DNA of 64,000 nt, taken from assembly GCA_020184695.1 (NCBI GenBank), contig JAANOX010000134.1, positions 186,001 through 250,000 on the forward strand, in the 5' to 3' direction. The stretch comes from Histomonas meleagridis 2922-C6/04-290x. Its lineage: Eukaryota > Protista > Parabasalia. The translations under genes were made by a program, and so were the position numbers. Each line of letters opens with the position of its first letter. Position 1 is the stretch's first letter. Positions 42,298-53,391 of the stretch are shown piece after piece. The notes under the pieces were generated by a model that saw nothing but the letters and a program-made list of their open reading frames with translations, did no database searches and had not been told where the DNA came from.

Positions 42298-44745
42298 TTA
42301 TTTCGATGTCACTTTCTGTGCGTCAGCGCCTGCCTTTGCGATGATTTCCTTCAGTTCGTCAATTGACGTCACCAACTTCGTTGCCTTTCCTTGTACTTCC
42401 TCGGCCACTTTCTCTATTTTACCGTCGACTTTCGCCTGTGCGTCTTCAAGCTTCAGGTATCCCTCGGTCACTTTCTGCGCTATTTGTTCTCCGACTGTAC
42501 TTCCTGTGAATATCTTTGTGACCAAGTCCAAGTCCCTGCAGAACTCGCTCGAGCCCTCCATGTCGATGAACTCCATGAAACGCTTCTCTGATAACTCAAT
42601 GATTGTTCCTACGTTACCCGACGCGTCTTTGTACACATCCATTCCATCGCTGACAGTTTTCACTAATGTCAATGAAGCGCTTTTCGCCTTATCCATAGCC
42701 TCGTCGATTTCCTTATAGAGCGTAGTGTTTAGTCCTAAGAGAACAAGTTTCGCAAGTGTAATCTCTGCTGCTGACTGAAGCTCTTGTGGAATAGTCTTGC
42801 GTAATGTTTCGACTTGTTTAACAATTTCTTCGCCTTGTTTCACTACGTCGTACTTGCGTAAGTCAATTCCAAGTTCCGCGAGATCATTAAGTGCTTCGGT
42901 AACTTTACCTTTACGTAATGACTCAATTGATGTCTTACCTTGTTGAATGATATCTTTACCTTGTTTGTATAATGCGTCTCCTTGTTTATATAATGTTTCT
43001 CCTTTCTTGTATAACTCAAGCGCGTTTTGTATCGCTTGATTCTTCTCAATGTCAATTCCAATCTTCTTAAGTTCTGTCGAAGCTTCATCGATTTTACCTT
43101 TCTTCGCATATTCATATGCTGTTTTACCGATTTCAACTTTCGATTCGATTTCTTTATAATATGTAAGTCCTGTTTGTACTGCTTTACTTGAAGTTACATC
43201 AATTCCTGCCTTTTGTAAGTATGTAATAGTTTGTTTAACATCGCCTTTCTTTGCATAATCATAAGCAGTCTTTGCGTTTTGTAATTTTGCAGTTACTTCG
43301 TTATAATATGTTAAGCATTGGTTGACTTTTTGGTTCTTTGTTACATCCAAACCTGCTTGTTGAAGTAATGATACTGCACTATTAACTTTACCTTTCTTAA
43401 TTGCTTCGTAAGCAGCTTTACCTAATTGAAGCTTCTCCTTTCCTTGTTTGTATAATGTCTCGCCTTGATAATATAAGTTCGAAGCTTTATCAAATAATTG
43501 TTCAGCTTTTGTGTACAATGAATTCTTACGAATGTCTAAGCCTAACTCTGCAAGGCCATCAATAGCTTTACCGAAGTGTCCTGTCTTGATTGCTTCTGTA
43601 ACTTGTTTACCTTTCTTATACATATCATAACCTCGTTGATAATATTCTAAACCTTGTTGAAGGATTTCGCTCTTTGCGATTAATTGTTTGGCTGCGTCAA
43701 CAGAGATAATCGATGTAACACCACTGATGATTTGTGTGTAATCGCCATTCTTAATTCCTTTATAGATCATTTCGCCTTGTTGATAAAGTTGTTGTGCTTC
43801 ATATACTTTATCTGCAACAGCGCCAATTGGACCTCCAAAGTTACCTACAGCTTGTGCAATGCCGCCAAGTGTTGACATGAAATCTCCTTGCTTAACGCCT
43901 TGGTAAATAGACATTCCGGCTTGGTATAATGCGTATGCTTTGTATGCGGTTGACATTGTGGCAGCAATGGATGCGGCAAGTCCAATTTGTCCGACAACTG
44001 GGACCCAGCATGTGACAAAGCCAACATATGGTGCGACAGATTTGATGGTCTTAAATGCCGTTTTGACTTCAGCTTTGACGTCCCTGATCACGGGCTTGTA
44101 CGCTTTGGCTGCAGCCTTGAGATCTTTGGTGACTTTCTTGCTGACATCTTTGATGATTTGTCCAGCTTTGCCTGGATTGGCGGCAATCTTGACTGAGGCT
44201 TGGGTGATCCTGGTGGCGACTTTGACTGCTGCAGTGGTGGCTTTGACAGTGGCTTTGGCTGTATCTTTAACTGTCTTGACTGTTTGCTTTACTGCTTTGG
44301 TAACCTTACTTTTTGCTTTCTTTGCTATTTTGGATACTTTTCTGGCGAGTTTTTTAGGTCTTGTAACTGTTTTGACAGCTGATTTTGCTGTTTGAGTGAC
44401 TTTTTTCGCAGTTGATGAAGCAGTTTTGGTGACTGTTTTAGCAGCTTTGGATACAGTCTTTGTTGCTTTCTTAACTATCTTTTTTAATCCAAAATTACTT
44501 TCTGGTTCTTGAAAATCATCATTTATTTCATAATAATATTCGTACACTTCTTCATCGTCATCATCTTCGTCATCATTTTCTTCTGGTTCAAGATATTGAA
44601 CTTCTTTATATACAATTTCATCATAATCATGTTCACGCATTTTACGTAAGAGGCTCTTGAGCGCGCCATGACTAAATTCATATATTTGGGGTCGTTGTCT
44701 ACAATATCCAAACACATTAAAGAGACAAAATGCGGACAAAAACAT
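42298..44745 (-). CDS. 815-aa putative secreted repeat protein
   Basis: Signal-like N-terminus, Asp/Glu/Tyr tract, Lys/Thr/Ala/Val-rich segment, hydrophobic WVPVVGQIGLAASIAA and ~50-60-aa helical repeats (G...A...L...GID...). Confidence 0.85.
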   Translation of the reverse strand: MFLSAFCLFNVFGYCRQRPQIYEFSHGALKSLLRKMREHDYDEIVYKEVQYLEPEENDDEDDDDEEVYEYYYEINDDFQEPESNFGLKKIVKKATKTVSKAAKTVTKTASSTAKKVTQTAKSAVKTVTRPKKLARKVSKIAKKAKSKVTKAVKQTVKTVKDTAKATVKATTAAVKVATRITQASVKIAANPGKAGQIIKDVSKKVTKDLKAAAKAYKPVIRDVKAEVKTAFKTIKSVAPYVGFVTCWVPVVGQIGLAASIAATMSTAYKAYALYQAGMSIYQGVKQGDFMSTLGGIAQAVGNFGGPIGAVADKVYEAQQLYQQGEMIYKGIKNGDYTQIISGVTSIISVDAAKQLIAKSEILQQGLEYYQRGYDMYKKGKQVTEAIKTGHFGKAIDGLAELGLDIRKNSLYTKAEQLFDKASNLYYQGETLYKQGKEKLQLGKAAYEAIKKGKVNSAVSLLQQAGLDVTKNQKVNQCLTYYNEVTAKLQNAKTAYDYAKKGDVKQTITYLQKAGIDVTSSKAVQTGLTYYKEIESKVEIGKTAYEYAKKGKIDEASTELKKIGIDIEKNQAIQNALELYKKGETLYKQGDALYKQGKDIIQQGKTSIESLRKGKVTEALNDLAELGIDLRKYDVVKQGEEIVKQVETLRKTIPQELQSAAEITLAKLVLLGLNTTLYKEIDEAMDKAKSASLTLVKTVSDGMDVYKDASGNVGTIIELSEKRFMEFIDMEGSSEFCRDLDLVTKIFTGSTVGEQIAQKVTEGYLKLEDAQAKVDGKIEKVAEEVQGKATKLVTSIDELKEIIAKAGADAQKVTSK

Positions 44746-45129
44746 TATTTATTGACATATGTCAACAGTTTGTTTCAAAAACAAAATGCAACAACAAAAC
44801 CGTCCGGTCTTCGACACAGAATTTTTGAACGATTTACGCATTCAATAATCAACATGTGGATAAAAAGATGACTAACCTCCAAAAATACGCTCGCGATCGT
44901 ATTAAGTGAGGCAGAAATAAAATTTCTCTCTTTTCTAAAAGGATAATGCAAATGGCATTGGGTTGCCAAGTAAAATCCTGGTTTAAAGATAACATTAACT
45001 ACTTAATGATGCTTGTATTATCAATTTCATAATATTTCATTTAATATTTATATTTCTAGATTTATTTTAAGAACAAACAAAAACAAAAACATGAATATAC
45101 ATGAATATACATTAATAACATACGCTTAA

Positions 45130-45729
45130 CTAACAGCATTTATTTGTATCATTATCTTGCGTTTCTTCTGTTTCTAAAACCGTTAATCCTTTCCTACCTC
45201 TTGTAGGTGCTCTAGTGTTTGTAGTTGGTGTGCTTACTAAAGTTTCAGTTAAGTATCTGAAAAGCATATCAATGCCTTCGCCTGTTTTTGCAGAAACTTC
45301 AAAGTGATTGCATCCGATTGAACGCGCATATTCAATGCCTTTTTGGGATGGAATAACACGTTGATTAGCCATATCAATTTTGTTTGCTACAACAACGATT
45401 TTAACATCATCACCACGGTTTTGCTTTAGTTCTTTGTGCCATTGAACCATTCTGTCAAATGACCTTTGATCAATAACAGAATAAACTAAAAGTGCAGCTT
45501 GAGCTTCTTTATAGTAAATTGGTGCAATAGCATGATATTCTTCCTGGCCTGCAGTATCCCATAAATGAAGCTCAATCATTCCTTTTGATGTTTCTACCTT
45601 TTTGGAATATAATCCTGCTTGAACAGTAGATTTACGATGTGGGTCAAATTCACCTCTACTCCACTTCAATCCAATTGAGGTTTTACCAACACGGCCTTCG
45701 CCAAGGAAAACAGCTTTATAGGAGTTCAT
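45130..45729 (-). CDS. Rab GTPase, Rab21-like
   Basis: GEGRVGKTS, STVQA, WDTAGQE, NKID, SAK and C-terminal CC. Likely start is MNSYK at 45729. Confidence 0.92.
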   Translation of the reverse strand: MNSYKAVFLGEGRVGKTSIGLKWSRGEFDPHRKSTVQAGLYSKKVETSKGMIELHLWDTAGQEEYHAIAPIYYKEAQAALLVYSVIDQRSFDRMVQWHKELKQNRGDDVKIVVVANKIDMANQRVIPSQKGIEYARSIGCNHFEVSAKTGEGIDMLFRYLTETLVSTPTTNTRAPTRGRKGLTVLETEETQDNDTNKCC

Positions 45730-46121
45730 TTGTTTTTGAAAATTTGGCACACAGCACTTTTCCCCAGCCAATCATTAACAACCGATAGGCCAATTTCCGG
45801 TTAAAAACCGTTATATAAAAATTAACTTTCATCAATTTCTTTACTTAAATATTCTTTTCATTATCTATGTATTTTAACATGTAATTACATGGGTGTTGGT
45901 TATAGCTATATCTTAATTAAACAAAATATTGATTTTTCTTTGTATGAATTATTCATTTTTTATGAGATTTTTTAGTATTTACTTCGTTTATGTTTGAATG
46001 GATTAGAGGCAACCGACCTATTCAAATTTGATTTGGAATAAACGGATACATTAGAATTTGTTTGAAAATTCAAAATTTTGTTCTCAAAAATCTGACCCAA
46101 AAATGTTTCGTTATTCCATAA

Positions 46122-46520
46122 ATGTTTAGAGTGCCAACAAATTCATTACCTCGTGTTAAACAAGAATTGCTCAGAGAAAGCAGAACTCAACCAAAAATGT
46201 ACATTTATATCGAAAATTATCATTATGATTATGATATACATGCAATCATTTATGAAGTTCAAACTGGAATTCAAAATGATAATGATGTAATTATTTCAAC
46301 CACTAATGTAAGATATTCTCAACTTGAAAAAATGGATAATATTTTAAGACAAACAAAAGACTTAAAAATAATTCCAAAATTTCCTCCTAAAAAATGGTTT
46401 GGAAATACAAACCCGACATTTCTCCAAAAGCGAAAAAATGACCTACAAAATTATCTGAAATTGCTCACACAAAATCACAATATCCAAGAGACAAAAGAAT
46501 TTTGTGAAGTATTCCATTAA
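46122..46520 (+). CDS. PX-domain protein
   Basis: VRYSQL...PKFPPKKWFGN...FLQKRK.DLQNYL. Confidence 0.85.
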   Translation: MFRVPTNSLPRVKQELLRESRTQPKMYIYIENYHYDYDIHAIIYEVQTGIQNDNDVIISTTNVRYSQLEKMDNILRQTKDLKIIPKFPPKKWFGNTNPTFLQKRKNDLQNYLKLLTQNHNIQETKEFCEVFH

Positions 46521-47029
46521 ATTTCCGCGGATTTGTAAACTATTTATTTTCGAAGGTTTTTTTTCTGATTTTAAACGTGCGACATATTACCGGTAATAAG
46601 GGTACCCCGAAAATAAAACACACAAAAAATTAAATTTTTTTAACCACACAACCAACGGTTTGTGGTCTGACAAAATTATTTCTGTGAGGAAGTCCAGTTC
46701 CTTTGTATTTTGAATTAAAAGTCATTTTGAAAAATTTTTAAAATTTTTAGGATGTTTTTCCAATGTTCTCTTGATTTTCAAATTATTTGTTTAAACATAA
46801 AATAAAATAGTTTTTTGATGCTGATTTATTTCATGGTATTCGGAATGATTCATTTCAAATGAAGAAGAAATTTGTGGATTATTTTTTTATGAGAACGATC
46901 ATATCTATAAATTGAATTTTTTCATAAATTTATTTTCCTATTTTATTCAAAAAGTGGATGATGTGATGGGTGCAATCGTTGTTTAAAAGTATGACTTTTT
47001 GAAACGAAAAAAGTTTACATTTTAGTGAG

Positions 47030-48994
47030 ATGGGAAGCGCCCAATCTGCTACAACAGTTTCTGTAATTGCCGATGGCGAAGAACCTGGACCATTTGCAAC
47101 ACGTCGTTGCCCTGGATATAGTTCTGGGCCCTACATGTTGCCACCAGAATATCAAACAATGCAAGATATTATCTTACATTCATATAAAGAATTCCCTGAC
47201 CATCCATATTTAGGACGCCGTGAAAAAGGCCCAGATGGAACACTCAATAAATTTTACACATTCAAAACTTATAAAGAATGTGAAACAATTGCTTACAATT
47301 TTGGTTCTGGCTTGATAGCTGGGCCAGGAATTCAACCACAAGGCTTTGTTGGTATTTATGCAGAAAACCGAACTGAATGGGTTAACATGATTGATGTTTC
47401 CTGCTTATACGGTCATGTTATCGTTTCTCTTTATGATACCCTTAGCAAGGATGTCATTGGTACACTTATCAAGCATTCTAAAATGACATGTCTTATTGTT
47501 TCTGCCTCTAAATCTCCAAAGTTACTTGACATTCTTCAAAATGATAAGCACGAGCTAAAGACAATTATCTTTCTTCCAGATGATGGCGTCCCATATGACG
47601 ACATCCAATCTCAGTATGAATCACTCCAACTTAACTTTTACACATTTGATCAAATCTGTGAAATAGGTTCACAAAATCGTCAACCACTTCCAAAAGTCGA
47701 GCCAGAATGGATCCATTATGTCTGTTATTCATCTGGTACCACTGGTGTACCTAAAGGTGTTATCATATCACATCGTTCACAAGCATCCAATACACTTGAT
47801 TGTTATCTTTCATTACATTTCCAAGATGTTGAAACACACCATCTTTCATATTTACCATTACCACATGTATTTGAACGTATTGGAATTAGTATCACATCAT
47901 TTGTTGGAGGACGTATTGGATTTTTCAGCGGCTCAATTGCAAGGCTTGTTGAAGATATGCAAATCCTTAAGCCAACACATCTTTCAGCTGTTCCACGTGT
48001 TATAAACCGTATTTATGACTCAGTTCAACAACAACTTCAATCATCAGTTGTCAAAAAGACACTTTTCTATGGTTTATTCTACTGGAAGCGGTTTTGGCTC
48101 CAGCGCGGTTACACCACCCCGTTGGCCGACCGTTTAGTTTTCAACAACATTAACAAAACCGTTGGTGGAGAAATTCGCCAATTCATTGTTGGTGGCGCAG
48201 CTATGGATCCATGGATCCATGAGTTCATGCAATTTGCCACAGGTATTCCAATGAGAGTTGGTTATGGCTTAACCGAGATTGGATCAGGAAATATCTGTAA
48301 CCCAATGGATGTCAGATATTCCAAACCAGGAACAGTTGGAGGACCATTACCTAATAGTGAAGTTAGGTTAGACCCCATTGAAGATTATGACGATCCAACA
48401 TGTGGCGAAATTCTTATGGGCGGCCAAGCAAACTGCAGTGGTTATTTATATGACGAAGAAGCCACAGCTAGGCTCTTCGCTGATCCTGAGAAGCATTGGA
48501 TCCACACAGGTGATGTTGCCAAATGGGATGAGGATGGATATCTCGTACTTGTTGATAGGATGCGCTCAATCTTCAAATTAGCCCAAGGGGAATACATTGC
48601 CGCGGAATTATTGTCATCTATGTTCGAAGGCGCGCAAATTGTATCGCAAATATTCATCTATGGCGACTCAAGTAGATCATCATTAGTGGCCATTGTCGTG
48701 CCAGATAAGCAACAAGTAGCCAAATTCTTAGGTTTAGAGAGTATTAGTGACCAACAATATGTTAATGCATGTAATAGCAATGAGTTGAAAAATGAGGTTT
48801 TGAGGCAATTGGATGTGATAGCTGTGACTAAGAACTTGCCTGGATATGAGAAAATTAGAGCTGTGGACTGTGTACCTGACGAGTGGACCATTGCAAATGA
48901 TTTGTTGACACCAACATTTAAGTTAAAGAGGAAGAAACTCGCCGAGAAGTATAAGGATAAAATTGAGGAACTTTATAACTCAATTAATCACTAA
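47030..48994 (+). CDS. Long-chain acyl-CoA synthetase (AMP-binding), possible N-myristoylation
   Basis: YSSGTTGVPKG, SYLPLPHVFER, GYGLTE, HTGDVA and IFKLAQGEYIAAE. The N-terminus is MGSAQS. Confidence 0.95.
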   Translation: MGSAQSATTVSVIADGEEPGPFATRRCPGYSSGPYMLPPEYQTMQDIILHSYKEFPDHPYLGRREKGPDGTLNKFYTFKTYKECETIAYNFGSGLIAGPGIQPQGFVGIYAENRTEWVNMIDVSCLYGHVIVSLYDTLSKDVIGTLIKHSKMTCLIVSASKSPKLLDILQNDKHELKTIIFLPDDGVPYDDIQSQYESLQLNFYTFDQICEIGSQNRQPLPKVEPEWIHYVCYSSGTTGVPKGVIISHRSQASNTLDCYLSLHFQDVETHHLSYLPLPHVFERIGISITSFVGGRIGFFSGSIARLVEDMQILKPTHLSAVPRVINRIYDSVQQQLQSSVVKKTLFYGLFYWKRFWLQRGYTTPLADRLVFNNINKTVGGEIRQFIVGGAAMDPWIHEFMQFATGIPMRVGYGLTEIGSGNICNPMDVRYSKPGTVGGPLPNSEVRLDPIEDYDDPTCGEILMGGQANCSGYLYDEEATARLFADPEKHWIHTGDVAKWDEDGYLVLVDRMRSIFKLAQGEYIAAELLSSMFEGAQIVSQIFIYGDSSRSSLVAIVVPDKQQVAKFLGLESISDQQYVNACNSNELKNEVLRQLDVIAVTKNLPGYEKIRAVDCVPDEWTIANDLLTPTFKLKRKKLAEKYKDKIEELYNSINH

Positions 48995-49209
48995 AAAAAA
49001 TTTAAGAATTAAATTTTATGTTTTATTTTATTAATTGAAATTTGAAGTAATTTTTATTTAAAGAATAAAATTATCCGAAACTTTAGTGATTTCAATTGTT
49101 TAAATATTTTTATTGACTTAAAGCTATATCATAATGAAAAGACTTTAGAATATTATAAACATAAAGCTCTAAAATTTAGTGAATGAATTTTCTTTTTATT
49201 GATTTAAAA

Positions 49210-52200
49210 TCATAAATCTCTTTTACTTATTATATAAAAATCGTTGGCAACTTTTGTTTTTGGAAAAACGATGTGTCCCTGCATTTGCCGCATTACTAAA
49301 TTTCGTTCATCGAATTGAATTCCGTTTTGCTTCTTCAGCAAATCCATAATTTGCTGATTTTGTCTATTTGACGCGATTTCGATTGCAGTTAAATTGCCGA
49401 CAGCTTTTGCATTCAAGTCGATGTTTTTACCACTATGTAATAACAAATTGACAATTTCGAAGTTATTCATTGCACAAGCGTACATTAATGCATTCATTTT
49501 ATATTCATTATCTTGAGCATTTACATCGATATTATCATTGTTAAGTAAATATTTTACAGCATTAATATTATTATTATAAGTTGCATAAATTAATGCTGTA
49601 TTACCATTTTTATCTTTTTTGTTAATATTAATTTTATTTTTAATATTTTCGTTTTGGAAAATATCTAATATTTCGTTATGATTATTTTTAATTGTATCAA
49701 TGAAAAGAGATGTAATTGGTTCATTACTTATATTAATATCATCTCTTTTGAGGAGTTCGACTGTATTATCTAATGAATTCTTTATTGCATAATATAACGC
49801 AGTATTTCCATCATCATCTTTAAGGTTAACATTAATATCTTTTATCCGAAGTAAATATCGAACAACATCATTAGATTCTGTGCATTTTGTTGTTATAATT
49901 AATGAAGTTTCGCCTAAATAATTCTTTTGATTAATATTAATATTATTATCATATGTATAAAGTAAATCAAGTATAGAAACATTAGGCGTAGAACATAATA
50001 ACATAAATGCAGTGTTACCGAAGTTATCCTTTGAATGGATATCAATATCTTTATGTTGAAGTAATAATTGAACAATATCAAAATATCCTTTTTTACATGC
50101 AAGCATTAAAGGAGTTTTATTATCATATGATTTCACGTTTATATTCATTTCTTCATGTTCTATTAATAATTTAATTATTTCTAAATTCTCCTGTTCGAAT
50201 GCTAATGATAATGCAGTCATTCTGCTTCTGTTTATATTATTTATATTAATATTTGTTCGTTCTAATATTAATTTTGTTATATCATAATTTTTGGTAATGA
50301 TTGATAACATTAATGGAGTATTTCCATCTCGATTTTTAATATTTAAATTAATTCCTTCTTTACACAAAAGCATTTCAATTATTTCATAATCATTTTGTTT
50401 AAATGCAATTGTTAATGGTGTCTCATCAAAAATATTAGAAGCGTTTATATCAATATCTTGGCGATCCAATAATAATTTAACTATTTCAATATTTCTTAAA
50501 GGTGTAACAGATTGCATTTCCGATTGATATGAACAGTATTGCTTTTGATGTTTAGGAATATAAATTGCACTTATTAATGGCGTCATCCCAATCATATCTG
50601 GCGCATTTACATCAATATCTGGTTGACTTAAAAGTAATTTAAATATTTCAGAATTCCGTTTTTGAATTGCAATGTTTAATGCAGTTAGTCCAACATCGTT
50701 TGGAATATTTACATCAATATCTTTATGATTCAAAAGTAATTGAACGATTTCAATTCTGTTTTGTTGTGTTGCTATTATTAATGGGATTTGGAAATTGGAA
50801 ATATTACTTGAAAAAAGACCACATTTTTGAATCTCATATAAATAATTTTTGGGATCTAAAGATTGAGGATATTTTGTTGTTGAAATTTTACCATTAACAT
50901 TAATTCCTTTTTGTTCGAGAAGTAAATGAGTAATGTCATCATGGTTATTTATAATTGACGCAACAAGTGCCGACGATTTTTTTTTTGCTATTAATATTAA
51001 TTTTGATATCTTTTTGCTTTAGAAGTAATTTAACAATTTTGAAATAACCTTTAGATGATGCATATATTAATGCGGTTTCTTTATATATATTTTGTGCATT
51101 TACATCAATTTCTATTTGTTGAAGTAATAATTTTGCAATGTCATAATACCCTTTATGACAGCAATATATTAATGGCGTATTCCCATTTTTATCAGGAGTA
51201 TTAACATCGATATTTGGTAATGTTAAAACATATGAAACAAGTTCAATATTATTAGATACAACTGAAAATGGTAATGTTTCTGTTGGAATATTTTGATACT
51301 TTTTAAGAAGATATTTAACAAGATACATATTACCATTCGTGGCTGCCGCTTGTATAAATTTGTTATTGGACTCAAAATTCTCTTCTTTTTCTAAATATAA
51401 GAAAATATCATAATTGTAATGTTTAATACATGCAACAGCAAGAAGTTCTCTTTCGGAAGAAGTTTTAGATTGGCCTAATGAATTGATATCGTTTTCAATT
51501 ATATGTGATCTTGCATGTTTTTTCGCAAATCGTATTGAATTGGAATCAAAATGATCTAATACATTAAATCCTGGCTTAAATCCTGTTGAAGTAGATTCAC
51601 TTGGAGCATTAAATCCTGGCTTAAATCCTGCTGATGTAGATGAAGTAGTTGAAGCAGGTGGAATATTAAATCCTGGCTTAAATCCTGTTGAAGTAGATGA
51701 AGTAGTTGAAGCAGGTGGAATATTAAATCCTGGTTTAAATCCTGTTGAAGTAGATGAAGTAGTTGAAGCAGGTGGAATATTAAATCCTGGTTTAAATCCT
51801 GTTGAAGTAGATGAAGTAGTTGAAGCAGGTGGAATATTAAATCCTGGCTTAAATCCTGTTGAAGTAGTTGAAGCAGGTGGAATATTAAATCCTGGTTTAA
51901 ATCCTGTTGAAGCAGATTCACTTGGAACATTAAATCCTGGTTTAAATCCTGGTTTAAATCCTGTTGAAACAGATTCACTTGGAACATTAAATCCTGGTTT
52001 AAATCCTGTTGAAACAGATTCACTTGTAACATTAAATCCTGGTTTAAATCCTGTTGAAACAGATTCACTTGGAGCATTAAATCCTGGTTTAAATCCTGTT
52101 GAAGCAGATTCACTTGGAACATTAAATCCTGTTGAAGCAGCTGAGTTTTCTGATTTCATTTCAAAGGTTTCATTTTGTTGGATACCGAAACTTACACCAT

Positions 52201-53164
52201 TTATGTTAAATGAGCCATTGCTCTTTTGGTTTTCATAAAGATAAACAAAAATATCATTTCTATTATATTTAATTGCAGTTTGATAAGCCATTTTTAAATT
52301 CTTTGCATTATCATCAATTCTTTGCATACAAAGATGAAATATTTCGACATTTCCTCCTGCAATTGCATATAGTAAAACATTATCTAAGTCAGAACCATTC
52401 AACATTAAAAATTTGAAACATTTGATTGATCCATAAAATGCTGCATATTGAATGAGAGTAACAGGATTATCGCAAAGTTCAGAATACCTTTCGTACTCTG
52501 AATGTTTAATTATTCTATTAAACTTAAAATCGGGTTGTGATGAGATTTCTTGGAGCCGATCAATATCATCAATTCGAATTACTTTGGCAATTTCTACTGG
52601 ATTGTATCCATCATGCGCATATTTTTTATGAAGTTTAAAGTCATCTTTTTGAAGATCTGAGTTGAAATCAAAAAGTTCATGGGGATTAAAAACACATGAT
52701 ACTCTTGAAGCTGTTTCGATTCGACGAACATTCGTCCGATTTTGAGGTATCGGTTTTAAGTGAATAAAATAATGAGATTCTATATTTGAAACAAAATCTG
52801 ACTCAATTAGATTTTCTTCCAACATACGGAAAAGAATATAGTTTGTTTCTCTTTCGCCGTTTAGGAGAAGAAAATGACCAAACATTTTGAAGATTTCTAG
52901 GCTTTCATTGAATTGTTTTTCTTTAGTTTCAACTGATTTTAAATAGAGAAAATACAAATCAATTTCCTTCCTTTGTGAGAGAAAAGATGAATATATAGCT
53001 TCAAAAAGAATAATATTAAAAGAATTTTGAGAATTTATTTCAAAAAAATTCATTGTTGCTTGAATAATATTTTCAATATTTTCTTTTTCAAGTTGGAAGA
53101 CAATGTTTTTTATTGACTGCACATAATCAATTTCTTGTTGATGGTTTTCTAGAGTTGCTTCCAT
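49210..53164 (-). CDS. DUF3447 + uninterrupted long ankyrin array (locus E), one apparent frameshift at a 10-nt homopolymer
   Basis: ORF 50945-53164 joins ORF 49210-50733 through an open ankyrin-coding segment if one base is removed from the T10 run at 50977-50986. The joined protein is about 1317 aa. Confidence 0.8.
51555..52140 (-). repeat. Coding tandem repeat (S/T)TGFKPGFN(V/I/A)P, ~12 units of variable length
   Basis: Directly visible in the DNA (AAATCCTGGTTTAAATCCTGTTGAA) and in the translation. Confidence 0.95.
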
Positions 53165-53391
53165 TTGGACCTGATCAGGTCCGGTGGCAAACGATATACA
53201 AATTAAATGGTTTATAAACTGTTTTTCACATCGTCATTCTGAAATTCCTAACAGTAAAACTATTCTTATATCCTTTTGCTTGTATTTGTTTTCATTCAAG
53301 TTCACTATTTCGTGTAGTTTCCCATTTCTTATGTAACAAAATCATTTAATCAAAATCCAGCCAAACACTTAAATTTGTATTATAATCAATT

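Noticed and set aside
42341-44395. Antisense ORFs opposite the 815-aa gene, and similar short antisense or overlapping ORFs over GlyRS, IscS, calreticulin and others
   Set aside because: They overlap well-supported genes, are explained by codon bias, and have no domain signal.
51556-52122. 188-aa alternative-frame ORF with QQDLNQDL repeats
   Set aside because: A shadow of the GFKPGFN coding repeat in another frame.
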